NCBI GenBank assembly: GCA_003133025.1
Contig: PKZK01000264.1
Coordinates: 1 to 15,550, forward strand
DNA length: 15,550 nt
Reading direction: 5' to 3'
Source of the DNA: Vulcanimicrobiota bacterium
Lineage (GTDB): Bacteria > Vulcanimicrobiota > Vulcanimicrobiia > Vulcanimicrobiales > Vulcanimicrobiaceae
Positions 14,441 to 15,550 of the stretch are shown here, one piece after another. Both the position numbers and the translations under genes were made by a program. The first letter of the stretch is position 1, and every line of letters starts with the position of its first letter. The notes beneath the pieces were generated by a model. The model ran no database searches and had not been told where the DNA came from. It saw only the letters and a program-made list of their open reading frames with translations.

Positions 14441-15549
14441 CGCGCCGCCGGCAACGTGCGGTCGAAGAAGTCTCGGGCCAACGCCGCCGTCGCCCGATGG
14501 ACGCCGACGCGACCGGCCCCGGCGTCGCTGCAGATCGGCGCGAACGCGCGAGCACCAGCCGGAGTGCAGTCGGTCAGGAACGTGTAGTGGCCTACGCTCT
14601 TCGGCCAGAGCGTCAGTTGCGCGTCGGGGATTGCCAGCGCATCGGGAATGACGTTGTCGGCGACCGGCAGGATCGGATCGCCGAAACCTGCGACCAGTTC
14701 GACCGGCACTGCGATGCTCGCGAGGCTCTCGGGAAGAATCGCCGGTCCGAGCGCGGGCGCGATCGAGAACACCGCACGCACGCGCGGATCGCGGTGCGAC
14801 TCCGCGTTGGCCGCCTCGGCGGCGCGATACGCGGGATCGCTCGATGCGAGCGCGGCGGCGCGCGCTGCGACGTTCGGAACGGTCGGCGTCGCCTCGTCCG
14901 TGCACAGCGGCGTCGCCGGATGGTGCGCGCAGTAGGGCGCGATCAGCGCGGGATTGGCGCGCGCTCCGGCGATGGCCAAGACGGTGTAGCCGCCGAGCGA
15001 AAAACCCGCGGCGCCGATGCGCTTCGGGTCGACGCGCGTGCCCAGATCGGCCTGGGCCAGCACGCCGTCGATAACGTGAGAAAGATCGTCCGCGCGTAGC
15101 CACCACAGCGTCGCACCCGCTACCGTCGGCGCCTCGAGCGCATTGTTGCCCGGATGATCGACGGAGGCGACCAGATAACCGTGAGCCGCGAGCGACGCGC
15201 ACAACCACGAGAGATCCATGGCCGTTCCGCCCGTGCCGTGCGAGACCACGATGAAGGGTAGACGAGCCGGAGCCGGCGCGATTGCGGCGTCTTGGGCGGC
15301 CTCGCCTTCCACGAAGAACGGTGCGCCCGGCGGCCCCACCTCGATCGGGCGCACCGTCGTGCCCGCGACCGCCGGATACCAAACGATGACGGTGAGCTTG
15401 CCCGACGTATTGCCGCGCAGCGCGGTGTTGCCCGCGACGCTGAGATACCGGTAACCCACCGGTGCGTCCGCCGCCGCGGCAACGCCGGCGGCGAGGCCGA
15501 AGCAGAGCGCGCCGAACAACGCGAGCCGTTTAGCGTACGGGAATTGCAA
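14437..15549 (-). CDS. Secreted alpha/beta hydrolase (dienelactone-hydrolase / PAF-AH-like family); start may lie at or beyond the window edge
   Basis: Signal peptide; VWYPA, VVSHGTGG, DHPGNN, nucleophile elbow GFSLGG, acid GDPIL, GHYTFL histidine. Stop overlaps the ssuB stop (CTAG). Confidence 0.87.
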   Translation of the reverse strand: MQFPYAKRLALFGALCFGLAAGVAAAADAPVGYRYLSVAGNTALRGNTSGKLTVIVWYPAVAGTTVRPIEVGPPGAPFFVEGEAAQDAAIAPAPARLPFIVVSHGTGGTAMDLSWLCASLAAHGYLVASVDHPGNNALEAPTVAGATLWWLRADDLSHVIDGVLAQADLGTRVDPKRIGAAGFSLGGYTVLAIAGARANPALIAPYCAHHPATPLCTDEATPTVPNVAARAAALASSDPAYRAAEAANAESHRDPRVRAVFSIAPALGPAILPESLASIAVPVELVAGFGDPILPVADNVIPDALAIPDAQLTLWPKSVGHYTFLTDCTPAGARAFAPICSDAGAGRVGVHRATAALARDFFDRTLPAAR

Positions 15550-15550
15550 G

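Noticed and set aside
1..15550. CRISPR arrays, tRNA/rRNA, IS or integrase genes, anti-phage defence systems
   Set aside because: No periodic repeats, cloverleaf, transposase/recombinase motifs or defence domains were seen.

Overview
GC-rich bacterial chromosomal window; a soil Terrabacteria lineage such as Eremiobacterota/Vulcanimicrobiota is plausible but is only an inference. In order it holds: the 3' end of a long RelA/SpoT gene, a coupled secreted SGNH/GDSL hydrolase, a lipoprotein, a convergent secreted DUF4412-like protein, and an rpsF-ssb operon with a structured S6:S18-type leader and a terminator but no rpsR. Next come a 1430-aa all-in-one signalling protein (PAS-GAF-HisKA-HATPase-REC-PAS-GAF-PP2C-RsbW-like kinase) and a GabD/Sad aldehyde dehydrogenase, both preceded by SigB/SigF-type GGGTA -10 motifs. 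On the minus strand are a CIRCE-controlled short Hsp20, followed by an unannotated 28-codon ORF, and an Atu2307-type LLM monooxygenase. Divergent from it is an ssuA-ssuC-ssuB sulfonate ABC transporter whose 5' leader contains an intrinsic terminator with a competing antiterminator. The window ends with a secreted alpha/beta hydrolase. No mobile element, tRNA, rRNA or CRISPR array was seen. The best leads are the candidate uncharacterised attenuator/riboswitch before ssuACB, the hidden small ORF in the hsp20 transcript, and the single-polypeptide partner-switching stress module.
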